Assembly: GCA_965197475.1 (NCBI GenBank)
Contig: CBDANF010000003.1
Location: forward strand, 2,528,001 to 2,592,000
Length of the DNA stretch: 64,000 bases
Direction of reading: 5' to 3'
Source: Candidatus Poribacteria bacterium
GTDB lineage: Bacteria > Poribacteria > WGA-4E > WGA-3G
In this document: positions 1 through 9,870 of the stretch, one piece after another
Position numbering within the stretch: the first letter of the stretch is position 1
Layout: the number at the start of each line of letters is the position of its first letter
Program-made: the position numbers and the translations under genes
Notes under the pieces: model-generated
What the model was told of the DNA's origin: nothing
The model's input: the letters and a program-made list of their open reading frames with translations, nothing else
Databases searched by the model: none

Positions 1-811
1 CAAGTTGCGCAGGCGTTTTTCCTAACTCACCTGCAAGCCGTTTGAGCGTTGTAATTACTTTTCCAGTTGCCCCGCGCATCCGACGATCATATTCATCTCG
101 GTAACGCCTTGCCCAGAGAGTTCCAGCAGGCGGCGGTCCATCAGGCGAATAGACACCGCTCAATAAGCCAACCGATAACGGACTATAACACATTACCCCA
201 AGTCCTTCCTCACGCACTAATCCAAACATCTCGGTTTCCAAATCTCGATTTAGCAGGTTATACATATTTTGAACGCACATATAGGACGTCGCGTTGATGC
301 TATCGGCAATCCAGAGTGCTTTGCAAACCTCCCATGCCTGATGATTACAACAGCCAAGGTAGCGCACCTTACCGGAACGCACCAGATCGTCAAGGGCACG
401 AATTGTCTCCTCTTGCGGTGTAGTATCGTCCGCCATGTGAATCAGGTAGACATCAATGTGGTCAGTGCCTAACCTTGTCAGTGAACGGTCTATCTCACGT
501 ATGATATGGTAGCGTGATAATCCGTAGTCGTTTGGTCCCTGCCCGATGTGGCTGCAGACCTTGGAAGTAATCACCACATCATCCCGTTTCCCTTTTATTG
601 CTTTACCGAGAATAGCCTCAGAACGACCAATATTGGCGCGATCATCCATCGGACCATATACGTTAGCACAATCAATAAGGTTGATACCCCTATCAATCGC
701 CTGCTCAATCAAACGTTGGGCAGCACTTTCATCGTTTTGTCCTCTAAATCCCAATCCCAACGCAAGCGGACTTACCTTAACACCTGCTTTACCAAAATTG
801 ACATATTCCAT
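1..811 (-). CDS. Aldo/keto reductase (3' end runs off window)
   Basis: Manual translation from ATG at 811 (GGAG RBS): MEYVNFGKAGVKVSPLALG...GINLIDCANVYG...SEAILGKA...ITSKV...LGTDHIDVYLIH...GKVRYLG, typical AKR motifs. Confidence 0.9.
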   Translation of the reverse strand, partial: MEYVNFGKAGVKVSPLALGLGFRGQNDESAAQRLIEQAIDRGINLIDCANVYGPMDDRANIGRSEAILGKAIKGKRDDVVITSKVCSHIGQGPNDYGLSRYHIIREIDRSLTRLGTDHIDVYLIHMADDTTPQEETIRALDDLVRSGKVRYLGCCNHQAWEVCKALWIADSINATSYMCVQNMYNLLNRDLETEMFGLVREEGLGVMCYSPLSVGLLSGVYSPDGPPPAGTLWARRYRDEYDRRMRGATGKVITTLKRLAGELGKTPAQL

Positions 812-863
812 AATCTATCTCCTAAATAGAAATTACCTTTGACGAGACGAATACCAAAACAAA

Positions 864-1844
864 TTATAAATGTGCGCGGACAGACATCCGCAATGCGTCA
901 ACAAGCCGCTGCATATCTGCTGGCTTTGGTGCTGAAAAAATCATACGTTCATGTGTAACAGGGTGCTCAAATTGAAGGGTACGCGCATGCAATGCCTGCC
1001 GTTTGAGTTGTATAAACGCATGTTTCACGGGAAGCGAGTCCGCATCGTTCAAAGCGCGTTGCTCACCTCCATAAATAGTATCACCGGCAACTGGATGCCC
1101 AATGTGTTGCAGATGCACACGAATTTGATGGAGCCGTCCTGTTTCCAATGTGAGCTGAACGAGTGAGAATTTGTGGTAACTCTCTAATACCTGATAATGC
1201 GTGACAGCCCATCTACCGTTGTTTTTGACTGTGGTCATTCGACGTCTGTCACGGCGGCTCCGTGCTATTTGAGCGTCAATCGTACCCGTAACTTCAGTAG
1301 GGATACCGCAGACAACAGCGACGTACTGACGCGTAATAGTATGTTTTTCGAATTGCACAGACAATTCACGATGCACAACATCTGTTTTTGCAACAATGAG
1401 AACCCCTGATGTATCTTTGTCCAATCTGTGAGCGATCCCAGGCCTCTCTACCCCACCGATACCTGAAAGGTCAGTGCAGTGTGCAAGCAATGCATTGACG
1501 AGTGTGCCAACGTTCACACCGCTTGCGGGATGAACAAGCATTCCTGCAGGTTTGTTCAACACAATTAAGTGGCTATCTTCGTAAAGAATGTCAAGCGGGA
1601 TATTCTCAGGCTGTCCGGTTTCCAAAGGACGGGAATCAGGTAGCAAAAGGCAAACTTGGTCACCAGAACGGAGCTTATAACTGGGGTGTTTGGAAACCGT
1701 ATCATTAACAGTAACCGCACCGTCACGAATCAGTTTTTGAAGATAGGTGCGCGATACATCTTCAGTCACACTCATCAGAAACTGATCTAACCGTTTTCCA
1801 TTGTGCTCTGTCTGAATATGATAGACTTGTCCTGTGGTTTCCAT
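864..1844 (-). CDS. rluD: RluA/RluD family pseudouridine synthase
   Basis: N-terminal S4 domain (RLDQFL..SRTYLQKLI), HRLDKDTSG catalytic motif, LETGRLHQIRVH; start taken at METTGQ. Confidence 0.9.
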   Translation of the reverse strand: METTGQVYHIQTEHNGKRLDQFLMSVTEDVSRTYLQKLIRDGAVTVNDTVSKHPSYKLRSGDQVCLLLPDSRPLETGQPENIPLDILYEDSHLIVLNKPAGMLVHPASGVNVGTLVNALLAHCTDLSGIGGVERPGIAHRLDKDTSGVLIVAKTDVVHRELSVQFEKHTITRQYVAVVCGIPTEVTGTIDAQIARSRRDRRRMTTVKNNGRWAVTHYQVLESYHKFSLVQLTLETGRLHQIRVHLQHIGHPVAGDTIYGGEQRALNDADSLPVKHAFIQLKRQALHARTLQFEHPVTHERMIFSAPKPADMQRLVDALRMSVRAHL

Positions 1845-1863
1845 AACTGTGCATAGATTGGAA

Positions 1864-2202
1864 TTAATCAGCGGAAGTTGAGATGCGGAGGGCTGCGGGA
1901 GGTGTGTTGGCAGGTCTTTTGTGGAGAACAATCTCAATGTCATGGTCCAACTTTCTAAGTAAAGAGAATATCCGTTCAATTGTAAAATGGCGAAAACGCC
2001 CATCTAAAAGGTCTGAAAGTTCAGACTTATCAATACAGAGGATTATAGCTGCTTCGTCTAACTTGAGTCCACGTTCAGTTATTATATCTTCAATCTTGAA
2101 CACAAGATGTGCTTTTGCTTGCATTTCCTCTGGATTAGGAAATCCCAAATCCTTGTAAACATTGCCGCTGCCTATTTCGTATTCTATTTTTTCTTTACTC
2201 AT
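1864..2202 (-). CDS. XRE-family HTH regulator (HigA-like antitoxin)
   Basis: GSGNVYKDLGFPNPEEMQAKA...SDLLDGRFRHFTIERIFSLL motif typical of HTH_37 antitoxins. Confidence 0.8.
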   Translation of the reverse strand: MSKEKIEYEIGSGNVYKDLGFPNPEEMQAKAHLVFKIEDIITERGLKLDEAAIILCIDKSELSDLLDGRFRHFTIERIFSLLRKLDHDIEIVLHKRPANTPPAALRISTSAD

Positions 2203-2285
2203 TTTCGTTTTCCTTTGCGTAAATATATTCCATTAAATAATGTCTTGATAAATTGCTCCTGCAACCGCATTTAACGCTTCTTCAG

Positions 2286-2762
2286 TTAGTTCCTCTCGGG
2301 CGACTCCCACGGATTACCGTTCAGGAATATCAGGTGATCCACCAGGTTCTGTATCATCAGCCTCGCGCCATTGAGTGGGGTCGTCACGCTGTTCATCTCC
2401 TCTACCGTCGGTTGAACGTGTACTTCTGGATCGTCGTCCCACGGAACCGACAGCAGGTATTTCATCGCGGCTTTCGGCCGCATCCTTTTGAGTTCCTGTA
2501 TCGCTTGGGCTGTCATCCATGTCGGATACGTCCTGTTCAGACTGGTTAGCCATTGGGGTTCGGGAGTCTGGCTCATCGCCCACTCCATCAGATTCAGCAC
2601 GTGCAGGTGTTCTCCCTGTTCCACCAGTTCCTGATACGTTTGCCCTCCCTCGTCCAGTTCCGTTTCTGTTTGTAGGAGCAACTCCTTCGCCTTCTGGTTC
2701 CACGGGTGGTTGTTCTTCGGAAGTTTCTCTTGTTTCGGTTTACCTATGTTCTGCTCTTGCAT
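2286..2762 (-). CDS. Hypothetical protein
   Basis: 158-aa ORF with GGAG RBS upstream; no recognised motif. Confidence 0.55.
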   Translation of the reverse strand: MQEQNIGKPKQEKLPKNNHPWNQKAKELLLQTETELDEGGQTYQELVEQGEHLHVLNLMEWAMSQTPEPQWLTSLNRTYPTWMTAQAIQELKRMRPKAAMKYLLSVPWDDDPEVHVQPTVEEMNSVTTPLNGARLMIQNLVDHLIFLNGNPWESPERN

Positions 2763-2928
2763 TTCTTACTTTCTCCAGTTTTTTGGTAATCAGAAATACT
2801 ATCAACACAGCCATCCACAGCACGGACAGTCGGTTTCTCTTGCCCTGGTTAGGTTTGTGATAAGTATACACTTGATTAAACGAATCTGGATTTGCTTAAA
2901 GTAATGTACTACAAAATTAAATGAAAAA

Positions 2929-3492
2929 TTACTGAGGTGAAGAATTTTCATGGATAAATTTTCTACCGAGTTCTCTACCAACTTGAACTGCTATTCTAAC
3001 AGGTTCAAGAACATTCGTATCAAAATTTACGATGAGTTGTTTACATATATCAGGCAAATCTTCTGTGTCATCGGTAACAACCCCCGATGTATGATAAAGG
3101 TGAATAAGGTTTCTAATACCTTCAAGAGATTTCCAAATTTCTTTGGATATGTAATTGTTTTTGATGCGATTGCTGCTAATTTTCTCAAGAAATTGATACG
3201 CTACAGCGATATTTCCAGTTTTTTGTCCTGTTGCTTTATATGTGCCTGTAACAGCAATAAAGTTCAGTTGAAAAAGATGTGGATAGTTTTCTGCATCAAC
3301 TGATACAAACGCAACATCTTGTAGACTGCGAAGTTCACGTTTAATGTAGCTCTCAATAGACGCTTTCACATCTTTTTCTTCGCAAGACACATTGACATGA
3401 ACCATAAATCTCAAGGATTCGGGAGCGTAAGATATGTTTACATAACTAGCAATTAGCATTACCATAATGATTGAGATAACTCCAATCTTCAT
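2929..3492 (-). CDS. Hypothetical exported protein
   Basis: 187 aa, N-terminal hydrophobic signal, AGGAG RBS, AT-rich. Confidence 0.7.
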   Translation of the reverse strand: MKIGVISIIMVMLIASYVNISYAPESLRFMVHVNVSCEEKDVKASIESYIKRELRSLQDVAFVSVDAENYPHLFQLNFIAVTGTYKATGQKTGNIAVAYQFLEKISSNRIKNNYISKEIWKSLEGIRNLIHLYHTSGVVTDDTEDLPDICKQLIVNFDTNVLEPVRIAVQVGRELGRKFIHENSSPQ

Positions 3493-3623
3493 GTATACTC
3501 CTATTTTGAAGTCTTGGTGTGCTATTAGGTTAAGAGGATTGCTGAAACTCTCTATCCAATTCGTGGTTTAATCATGCTACGTATTTTGAAATTAGTCAAG
3601 TTAAATCGAAAATGGAAGGATAA

Positions 3624-3647
3624 TTCAAACCTAAACTACTAATTGCA
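3624..3647. repeat. Degenerate IS1595-type right terminal repeat (orphan)
   Basis: ttcaaacctaaactactaattgca resembles ttcaagtccaaaactactcattgcg at 60976-61000. Confidence 0.55.
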
Positions 3648-3674
3648 AATACTATAAGTTGGAAAAAGCAGATT

Positions 3675-5354
3675 TTACCCCGTCACAGCACCTTCAGACG
3701 CAGACGAAACAGAATTTGCATATTTCGCCATAACACCGCGTGTATAGGGAGGTTCGGGAGGAGTCCACTTTTCAAAACGTGCTTGAATTTCAGCATCGGA
3801 GAGGGTAACGTCGAGCCTGCGTGCCTCAGCGTCAATCACGATTTCGTCACCCTCTTGAAGGATAGCGATGGGTCCACCTTTTGCTGCCTCAGGAGCCACA
3901 TGACAAATCATAAAGCCGTGCGTAGCACCAGAGAATCTGCCATCGGTCAGTAGTGCTACATCTTCACTTAAACCTGCACCGACGAGTGCTGCAGTAACGC
4001 CTAACATCTCACGCATACCAGGACCTCCGGTAGGACCCTCATAGCGGATAACAATCACATCACCGGGTTTAATCTGCCCACCTTTGATAGCGGCAAAAGT
4101 ATCCTCTTCGCGTTCAAAAATACGCGCAGGACCACGATGGAGCGTTTTTTTCTGACCTGCTAACTTGATGACGCATCCGTCCGGTGCAAGATTACCTCTC
4201 AAGATAGCAAAACCGCCCGTCGGTTTCAGAGGGGTATCCACCTCTCTAACAACCAGTTGTCCTGCAGTTTCAGTGGCAGCGTTTGCTTCTTCACCGATAG
4301 TTTTTCCAGTAACGGTGAGTTCATCGGGGTGCAGCAAGTTAGCTTCTGTGAGACGTTTCGCTAAGAACTGAATACCGCCCGCCTCGTAAAGGTCGGTAGC
4401 AACAAACTGGCCGCCGGGCTTCAGGTCTGCCAATACCGGTGTTCTCTGGCTAATGACGTGGAAATCCTCAAGCGTCAACGGGATTTGTGCTTCATGTGCA
4501 ATAGCGAGAAGGTGCAAAACACCATTAGTAGATCCGCCAGTAGCTGCAACAGAGGTAATAGCATTTTCAAGAGACTTGCGTGTGATAATTTGACTGGGTC
4601 GGCGATCAGCAGCGAGCATGTCCATTACAAGTTGTCCTGCTTTATATGCTTCCTGATCCTTCTCTTCTGCCACAGCAGGCACACTCCCACTTCCCATTGG
4701 TGCGATCCCCAACATTTCAACAGCAGTTGCCATTGTATTAGCAGTGAACTGTCCACCGCATGCGCCAGGACCGGGACATCCTTTGCTAATCAGATCGTCC
4801 AATTCTTCTACTGTGATTGTGCCTTCAGCATGCTGACCAACCGCTTCGAACACGTCTTGGATAGTTACATCACGTCCTTGAAAACTGCCCGGCATAATAG
4901 AACCACCGTAGAGCGTAAGCGAAGGAATATCTAAACGTGCTAACGCCATCACAGTGCCGGGAACAGTTTTGTCGCATCCGCACAGCGCGACAACGGCATC
5001 AAACATGTTACCAATGGAGACTAATTCAATTGAATCGGCAACAATCTCTCGACTGATAAGCGAGGTTTTCATCCCTTCAGTCCCCATTGTAATGCCATCA
5101 GAAATGCTAACGGTATTGAATTCAAGAGGTGTTCCGCCCGCATCTCGAATTCCCTGTTTGACCTTAGCAGCGAGACGTCTTAAATGGAAGTTACAAGGTC
5201 CGATCTCAATCCATGTATTAGCAACTCCGATAATCGGTTTGTCAAGGTCTTCCGGTGATAGTCCTGCATCGCCGAACATGAGCATAGTACGTGCGGCGGC
5301 GCGATCGGGTCCATCGGTAATCGCATAACTTCGGGGTTTTAGCTTATTGGACAT
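3675..5354 (-). CDS. ilvD: Dihydroxy-acid dehydratase
   Basis: PCNFHL, SDGITMGTEGM, CDKTVPG, CGGQFTANTM, YEGPTGGPGMREM, TDGRFSGAT motifs; AGGAG RBS before MSNKLKPRS. Confidence 0.97.
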   Translation of the reverse strand: MSNKLKPRSYAITDGPDRAAARTMLMFGDAGLSPEDLDKPIIGVANTWIEIGPCNFHLRRLAAKVKQGIRDAGGTPLEFNTVSISDGITMGTEGMKTSLISREIVADSIELVSIGNMFDAVVALCGCDKTVPGTVMALARLDIPSLTLYGGSIMPGSFQGRDVTIQDVFEAVGQHAEGTITVEELDDLISKGCPGPGACGGQFTANTMATAVEMLGIAPMGSGSVPAVAEEKDQEAYKAGQLVMDMLAADRRPSQIITRKSLENAITSVAATGGSTNGVLHLLAIAHEAQIPLTLEDFHVISQRTPVLADLKPGGQFVATDLYEAGGIQFLAKRLTEANLLHPDELTVTGKTIGEEANAATETAGQLVVREVDTPLKPTGGFAILRGNLAPDGCVIKLAGQKKTLHRGPARIFEREEDTFAAIKGGQIKPGDVIVIRYEGPTGGPGMREMLGVTAALVGAGLSEDVALLTDGRFSGATHGFMICHVAPEAAKGGPIAILQEGDEIVIDAEARRLDVTLSDAEIQARFEKWTPPEPPYTRGVMAKYANSVSSASEGAVTG

Positions 5355-5441
5355 TTGTTCGTATTCTCCTACAAATGCTAAAGAAGCGACAGGCAGAAAC
5401 AAGGAATAGTTCCCTATCATGCCGAGATTTGACAATTATGA

Positions 5442-5969
5442 CTACATTGTGAATTCATAAACAAGTTCTAGGTCTTCCATCGGAGGCTGAAAAACGGTAT
5501 ATTTGTTCAAACGTAAAATAATCGTGCCTGCTTGCTGTTGATAAGCCTTCTGATACATAGTTTTGATTGGTGTAAGATCAAAGTGGAAGTCTTCAGTAAG
5601 CAGCACATCACAAGGGCCTATTCTTGAATGTCTGAGTAAAACTTTGAGCTGAACGGGAAATGATTCGATAAACGATTCTGAAACTTCTAAAGTGAAATTT
5701 TCATTTTGGGGACCGCAGTTGCTGAATCTTAAGTTAAGCGTCAACGTATCACCTGTTATCGTAGCGGCGTTGATCCAAAAACCAATGTCTGTTCCAAACT
5801 TGTCGTCCACATCTCCAATGATAACATCGCCCCAATATTGCTTCTCGTTTTGTTCACCGTTATTAGGTTCCACCCTCATCTGATTCTGTATCTGCTGACA
5901 CCCTATTGTAAATAGAATAAACACGCCAACTATAAATCCAATAACATTGTAATACTTCATAATAACCAT
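5442..5969 (-). CDS. Lipoprotein, NigD C-terminal-like beta-sandwich
   Basis: Lipobox TIGC; GDTLTLNLRFS..C...FTL...PVQLKVLLRH...CD...FDLTPIK pattern. Confidence 0.6.
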   Translation of the reverse strand: MVIMKYYNVIGFIVGVFILFTIGCQQIQNQMRVEPNNGEQNEKQYWGDVIIGDVDDKFGTDIGFWINAATITGDTLTLNLRFSNCGPQNENFTLEVSESFIESFPVQLKVLLRHSRIGPCDVLLTEDFHFDLTPIKTMYQKAYQQQAGTIILRLNKYTVFQPPMEDLELVYEFTM

Positions 5970-5987
5970 CCTTTTTTGGGAAATGAA

Positions 5988-8354
5988 CTATTGCATACCT
6001 AACCAACTGCTAAGCACACCACCATATTTTGCGATGAGACCGGCAAAAACAACAGAAACCATTGACATCAACTTAATCAAGATGTTGAGAGAAGGACCAG
6101 ATGTATCTTTAAACGGATCACCAACGGTATCACCGACAATAGTGGCTTTGTGTTGTTCTGAACCTTTTTCACCGTATTCTTCCTTGTGTTTACCTTCTTC
6201 AATAAACTTTTTAGCGTTATCCCATGCGCCACCAGCGTTTGCCATCATGATTGCAAGAACGAATCCTGTTGCCAAACTGCCTGCAAGTAAGCCAAGCACA
6301 CCAGCGACATTAAAAATCAATCCTACTGCGACAGGTATGACGATAGCAATGAGAGACGGGAAAATCATCTCGCGTTGTGCACCAACAGTTGAGATACTGA
6401 CACATTGAGCGTAATCCGGTTTCACCTCACCTTTCATAATACCGGGTTCCTCGCGAAATTGCCGTCGAACCTCTTCTACCATAGCACCAGCGGCACGTCC
6501 GACTGCTTTCATCGTCAACGCGCAGAAATAGAATGCCATTACTGCACCGATAAATAGACCTATCAGGACTTGCGGGTTCATCAAGGTGACGTTGTAGTAA
6601 TCCATAAATTGATCTACCGTAACCTTCAGTGTCTCTACCGTTTCATCGCCGATCTCTATTGTCTTTTTCTCAGCCAGGTGGATGAGTCCGTAGCGAATTT
6701 CTTCAAGATAGGCTGCCAAGAGCGCGAGCGCGGTTAAAGCAGCTGAACCGATAGCAAAACCTTTACCGGTTGCTGCAGTTGTATTGCCGAGGGCATCTAA
6801 CTGATCTGTCCGTTCTCGGACGCTTTCATCCAGCTTCGCCATTTCAGCATTCCCACCCGCGTTATCTGCGATCGGTCCATAAGCATCTGTAGCAAGCGTA
6901 ATACCGAGCGTTGCCAGCATCCCGACAGCGGCTATACCAACGCCGTAAAGTCCCATCAGCGGTTCGCTTTTCCCTCCAGGAAGGTAGTAACTAATGGCAA
7001 CTGCAGCAATAATCGTTATAACAGGGATCGCAGTGGATTCCATGCCGACAGCAATGCCTTCAATAATGACTGTTGCCGGTCCCGTTTGTGCCTGCTTCGC
7101 TATGGCACGGGTTGGCTTATACTCGTGAGAGGTGAAAATTTCGGTAACTTTGCCGATAATCAATCCTGCGGCAAGTCCAGTGACAATTGCGCCCCAAATC
7201 TGCCATTCGTTATCAAAGCCTTTCTCCTTGCCAAGATAGAGCAATACGGGAAGAGAGAGAATTGCGATGCCTATTGCACTGCCGTTGATGCCGAGGTTAA
7301 GTGAACCCATCAACTGCCGCATCGTAGCCCCTTCTTTAGTCCGCACCATATAAATACCGACAATAGAGAGAAGCACGCCGATACCTGCGATAATCATGGG
7401 TGCTGAAAGATACTTAAGCTGAAGCGCGAGGTTATCATGCTCTTTGGCAGCAACAGCAGCAACACCGAGGGCTGCAGTGGCAAGGATAGAACCTGCATAA
7501 GATTCATAGAGGTCTGCCCCCATACCTGCAACATCGCCAACATTATCACCAACGTTATCTGCAATAACAGCGGGGTTGCGCGGATCGTCCTCCGGAATTC
7601 CTGCTTCGACTTTTCCAACAAGATCGGCACCGACATCGGCTGCTTTGGTATATATTCCACCACCGACGCGAGCGAATAGTGCTTGTGTTGAAGCTCCCAT
7701 CCCGAAACTGAGCATGATGACTGTTATCTGAGGTAGAGGGTTCACCTCTAAAAATCCAGGCAATACCTTTGGAAAGATGTAATAGAGAATGAGAAACCAC
7801 CCGGTGATGTCAAGTAGCGCGAACCCGACAACTATCAACCCCATAACTGCGCCAGCGCGGAACGACACCTTTAAGCCAGCGTTGAGACCTTTCATCGCAG
7901 CACTTGTTGTCCGTGCGGATGCGTTGGTCGCGGTTTTCATACCTAAGAAACCACAGAGTCCTGAGAAAAATCCTCCTGTCAGAAAAGCAAACGGGACGAC
8001 CTTATTTTGAGCCTTGAGGACAAAAGCCATGAAGATAAAGATGAGGCAGAGGACAGCAAAAACGATGCCCACCACTTTGTATTGTTGCCTAAGATACGCC
8101 ATCGCACCTTCGCGGACAGACTGTGCAATGTCACGCATTGTTTCATTCCCTTCGTCCTGTTTCATCAATGAGCGATAGAAGTGGAATGCAAAGACTAAAG
8201 CAATAAGCGCACCGACAGGGGCAATCCACCATATTGTCGGCACAGGTGGAGGGTCTGATTGGGCAAAAGCTACGGTGGCTAAATTCAAAACAGGTAGGGA
8301 AATTAGAAATAACTTCCAATTTAGCCACCGTCTTTTGCAAGTGATTTCACGCAT
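5988..8354 (-). CDS. hppA: Membrane ion-translocating pyrophosphatase (K+-dependent type)
   Basis: GGGIYTKAADVGADLVGKVE, DNVGDNVGD, GNTTAA (Ala = K+-dependent), GDTVGDPFKDTSGP. Confidence 0.96.
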   Translation of the reverse strand: MREITCKRRWLNWKLFLISLPVLNLATVAFAQSDPPPVPTIWWIAPVGALIALVFAFHFYRSLMKQDEGNETMRDIAQSVREGAMAYLRQQYKVVGIVFAVLCLIFIFMAFVLKAQNKVVPFAFLTGGFFSGLCGFLGMKTATNASARTTSAAMKGLNAGLKVSFRAGAVMGLIVVGFALLDITGWFLILYYIFPKVLPGFLEVNPLPQITVIMLSFGMGASTQALFARVGGGIYTKAADVGADLVGKVEAGIPEDDPRNPAVIADNVGDNVGDVAGMGADLYESYAGSILATAALGVAAVAAKEHDNLALQLKYLSAPMIIAGIGVLLSIVGIYMVRTKEGATMRQLMGSLNLGINGSAIGIAILSLPVLLYLGKEKGFDNEWQIWGAIVTGLAAGLIIGKVTEIFTSHEYKPTRAIAKQAQTGPATVIIEGIAVGMESTAIPVITIIAAVAISYYLPGGKSEPLMGLYGVGIAAVGMLATLGITLATDAYGPIADNAGGNAEMAKLDESVRERTDQLDALGNTTAATGKGFAIGSAALTALALLAAYLEEIRYGLIHLAEKKTIEIGDETVETLKVTVDQFMDYYNVTLMNPQVLIGLFIGAVMAFYFCALTMKAVGRAAGAMVEEVRRQFREEPGIMKGEVKPDYAQCVSISTVGAQREMIFPSLIAIVIPVAVGLIFNVAGVLGLLAGSLATGFVLAIMMANAGGAWDNAKKFIEEGKHKEEYGEKGSEQHKATIVGDTVGDPFKDTSGPSLNILIKLMSMVSVVFAGLIAKYGGVLSSWLGMQ

Positions 8355-8384
8355 TAAAAACCTCTCTTTTATTTTTTGGTATTC

Positions 8385-9758
8385 CTAATTAAAAAATTTG
8401 AGTGCTTGCCCAATAAGATAGAGCGAACCAGTCACGCAGATCAAATCTGTCGGTGACGCGGACGATAATCCCTTCGCGAATGCCTTTTCTGGGGATGGAC
8501 AATTTGTTATCTTTTTGCATATACCCGACCACGCATCTTGTATCGTTTCTGCAGGCAGGACACGCGGGTTATCGGAAACTTGTGTAGCAATCACGAAATC
8601 CGCTGTTTTCGAGACAATTTCGCCAATTGTTGCTAAATCCTTATCTTTCATAATACTAACGATAAGAATTGCCTGAGTGTAACGAAAATTATCACGAATT
8701 GCACGGCATAACGCGTCCATTGAGACAGGTGAATGAGCACCATCAAGCACAACAAGCGGTGAGGACATAACTCGCTGAATCCGCCCGTGCCACTGCACGT
8801 TCTTGAAGCCAGCATAAACACTATCTTTGGAAATTACATATCCATTCTGTTTCAGACATTCAATCGCCGCAATGGCAGTCGTAGCATTTACATACTGGTG
8901 GTGTCCGAGTAGTGGTAGTGTAAGCTGCGAATAATGCTCTGAATCCGTTTCCACATCAAATTGCTGTGCTATAGGCACACCGTCTGAATTCAGAACAAGG
9001 TGTGAAACTGATACATCGGGGTCTTGTCGGACAAAATTCTTGACTTCAACAATTGGTGCGTTCCGTTCGCTTGCAACTTTTTCAAGAACAGTTCGCGCTT
9101 CAGAATGTTGCGGTGCAAGTGCAACTGGACATCCCTGTTTAATAATTTCCGCTTTTTCGCTCGCTATCTCGGTATATGTTTCTCCTAATATCGTTGTATG
9201 TTCTAACCCAATCGGTGTAATAACAGATGTTACTGGTGAGACGACGTTCGTTGCATCAAGCCGCCCTCCTAAGCCAACTTCAATAACTGCGAAATCGGTT
9301 GCTTTGTCGGCAAAATAAGTAAAAGCAAGCGCAGTGTATATTTCAAAAAACGAGACGCGTCCGAATTCTGAAGCGGAGACGGTTTCAATAGCAGGTCTGA
9401 GTTTATCAATGTAAATTGCGACTTCTGCTTCTGAGATGAGTTCATCACCAATACGACACCTTTCTCGTGGTGTTATGAGATGTGGGGACGTAAACAAACC
9501 GGTCTTATAGCCTGCATGTGTTAGCACCGATGCGATAAGTGCAGCAGTTGACCCCTTCCCCTTACTCCCTGCGACATGGATCACTTTCAGGCTGTCGTGC
9601 GGATTTCCGAGTAGGTCAAGCAATCGCGAAATACGATTCAGATTGTAGAACCGTGCCTGACGTGAAAAGTCCGGACTTCTTTCATAGTCAATGAACTGGT
9701 CAATGTAGGCAAGTGCCGCTTTGTAGTCCAAATTTTTGTTGCTTATGGTAAAATCCAT
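8385..9758 (-). CDS. folC: Folylpolyglutamate/dihydrofolate synthase
   Basis: HVAGSKGKGST, FTSPHL, EVGLGGRLDATNV, DGAH, TGSLYLIG. Confidence 0.96.
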   Translation of the reverse strand: MDFTISNKNLDYKAALAYIDQFIDYERSPDFSRQARFYNLNRISRLLDLLGNPHDSLKVIHVAGSKGKGSTAALIASVLTHAGYKTGLFTSPHLITPRERCRIGDELISEAEVAIYIDKLRPAIETVSASEFGRVSFFEIYTALAFTYFADKATDFAVIEVGLGGRLDATNVVSPVTSVITPIGLEHTTILGETYTEIASEKAEIIKQGCPVALAPQHSEARTVLEKVASERNAPIVEVKNFVRQDPDVSVSHLVLNSDGVPIAQQFDVETDSEHYSQLTLPLLGHHQYVNATTAIAAIECLKQNGYVISKDSVYAGFKNVQWHGRIQRVMSSPLVVLDGAHSPVSMDALCRAIRDNFRYTQAILIVSIMKDKDLATIGEIVSKTADFVIATQVSDNPRVLPAETIQDAWSGICKKITNCPSPEKAFAKGLSSASPTDLICVTGSLYLIGQALKFFN

Positions 9759-9774
9759 AATTACTTATACGCTG

Positions 9775-9805
9775 TTGTAGCACAAACTATCAGTTTGTGC
9801 TACAA
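9775..9805. repeat. REP-like palindrome (possible terminator)
   Basis: TTGTAGCACAAACT-atc-AGTTTGTGCTACAA perfect hairpin between glyA and folC. Confidence 0.6.
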
Positions 9806-9870
9806 CATAGGGCAGTAGATGCGGTTTCAAACCGAACTTCCCAAAGGTGTTCACATATTTTCGGATTTTA

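Noticed and set aside
2314-2703. Alternative-frame 129-aa ORF
   Set aside because: Low-complexity shadow frame of 2286-2762 without an RBS
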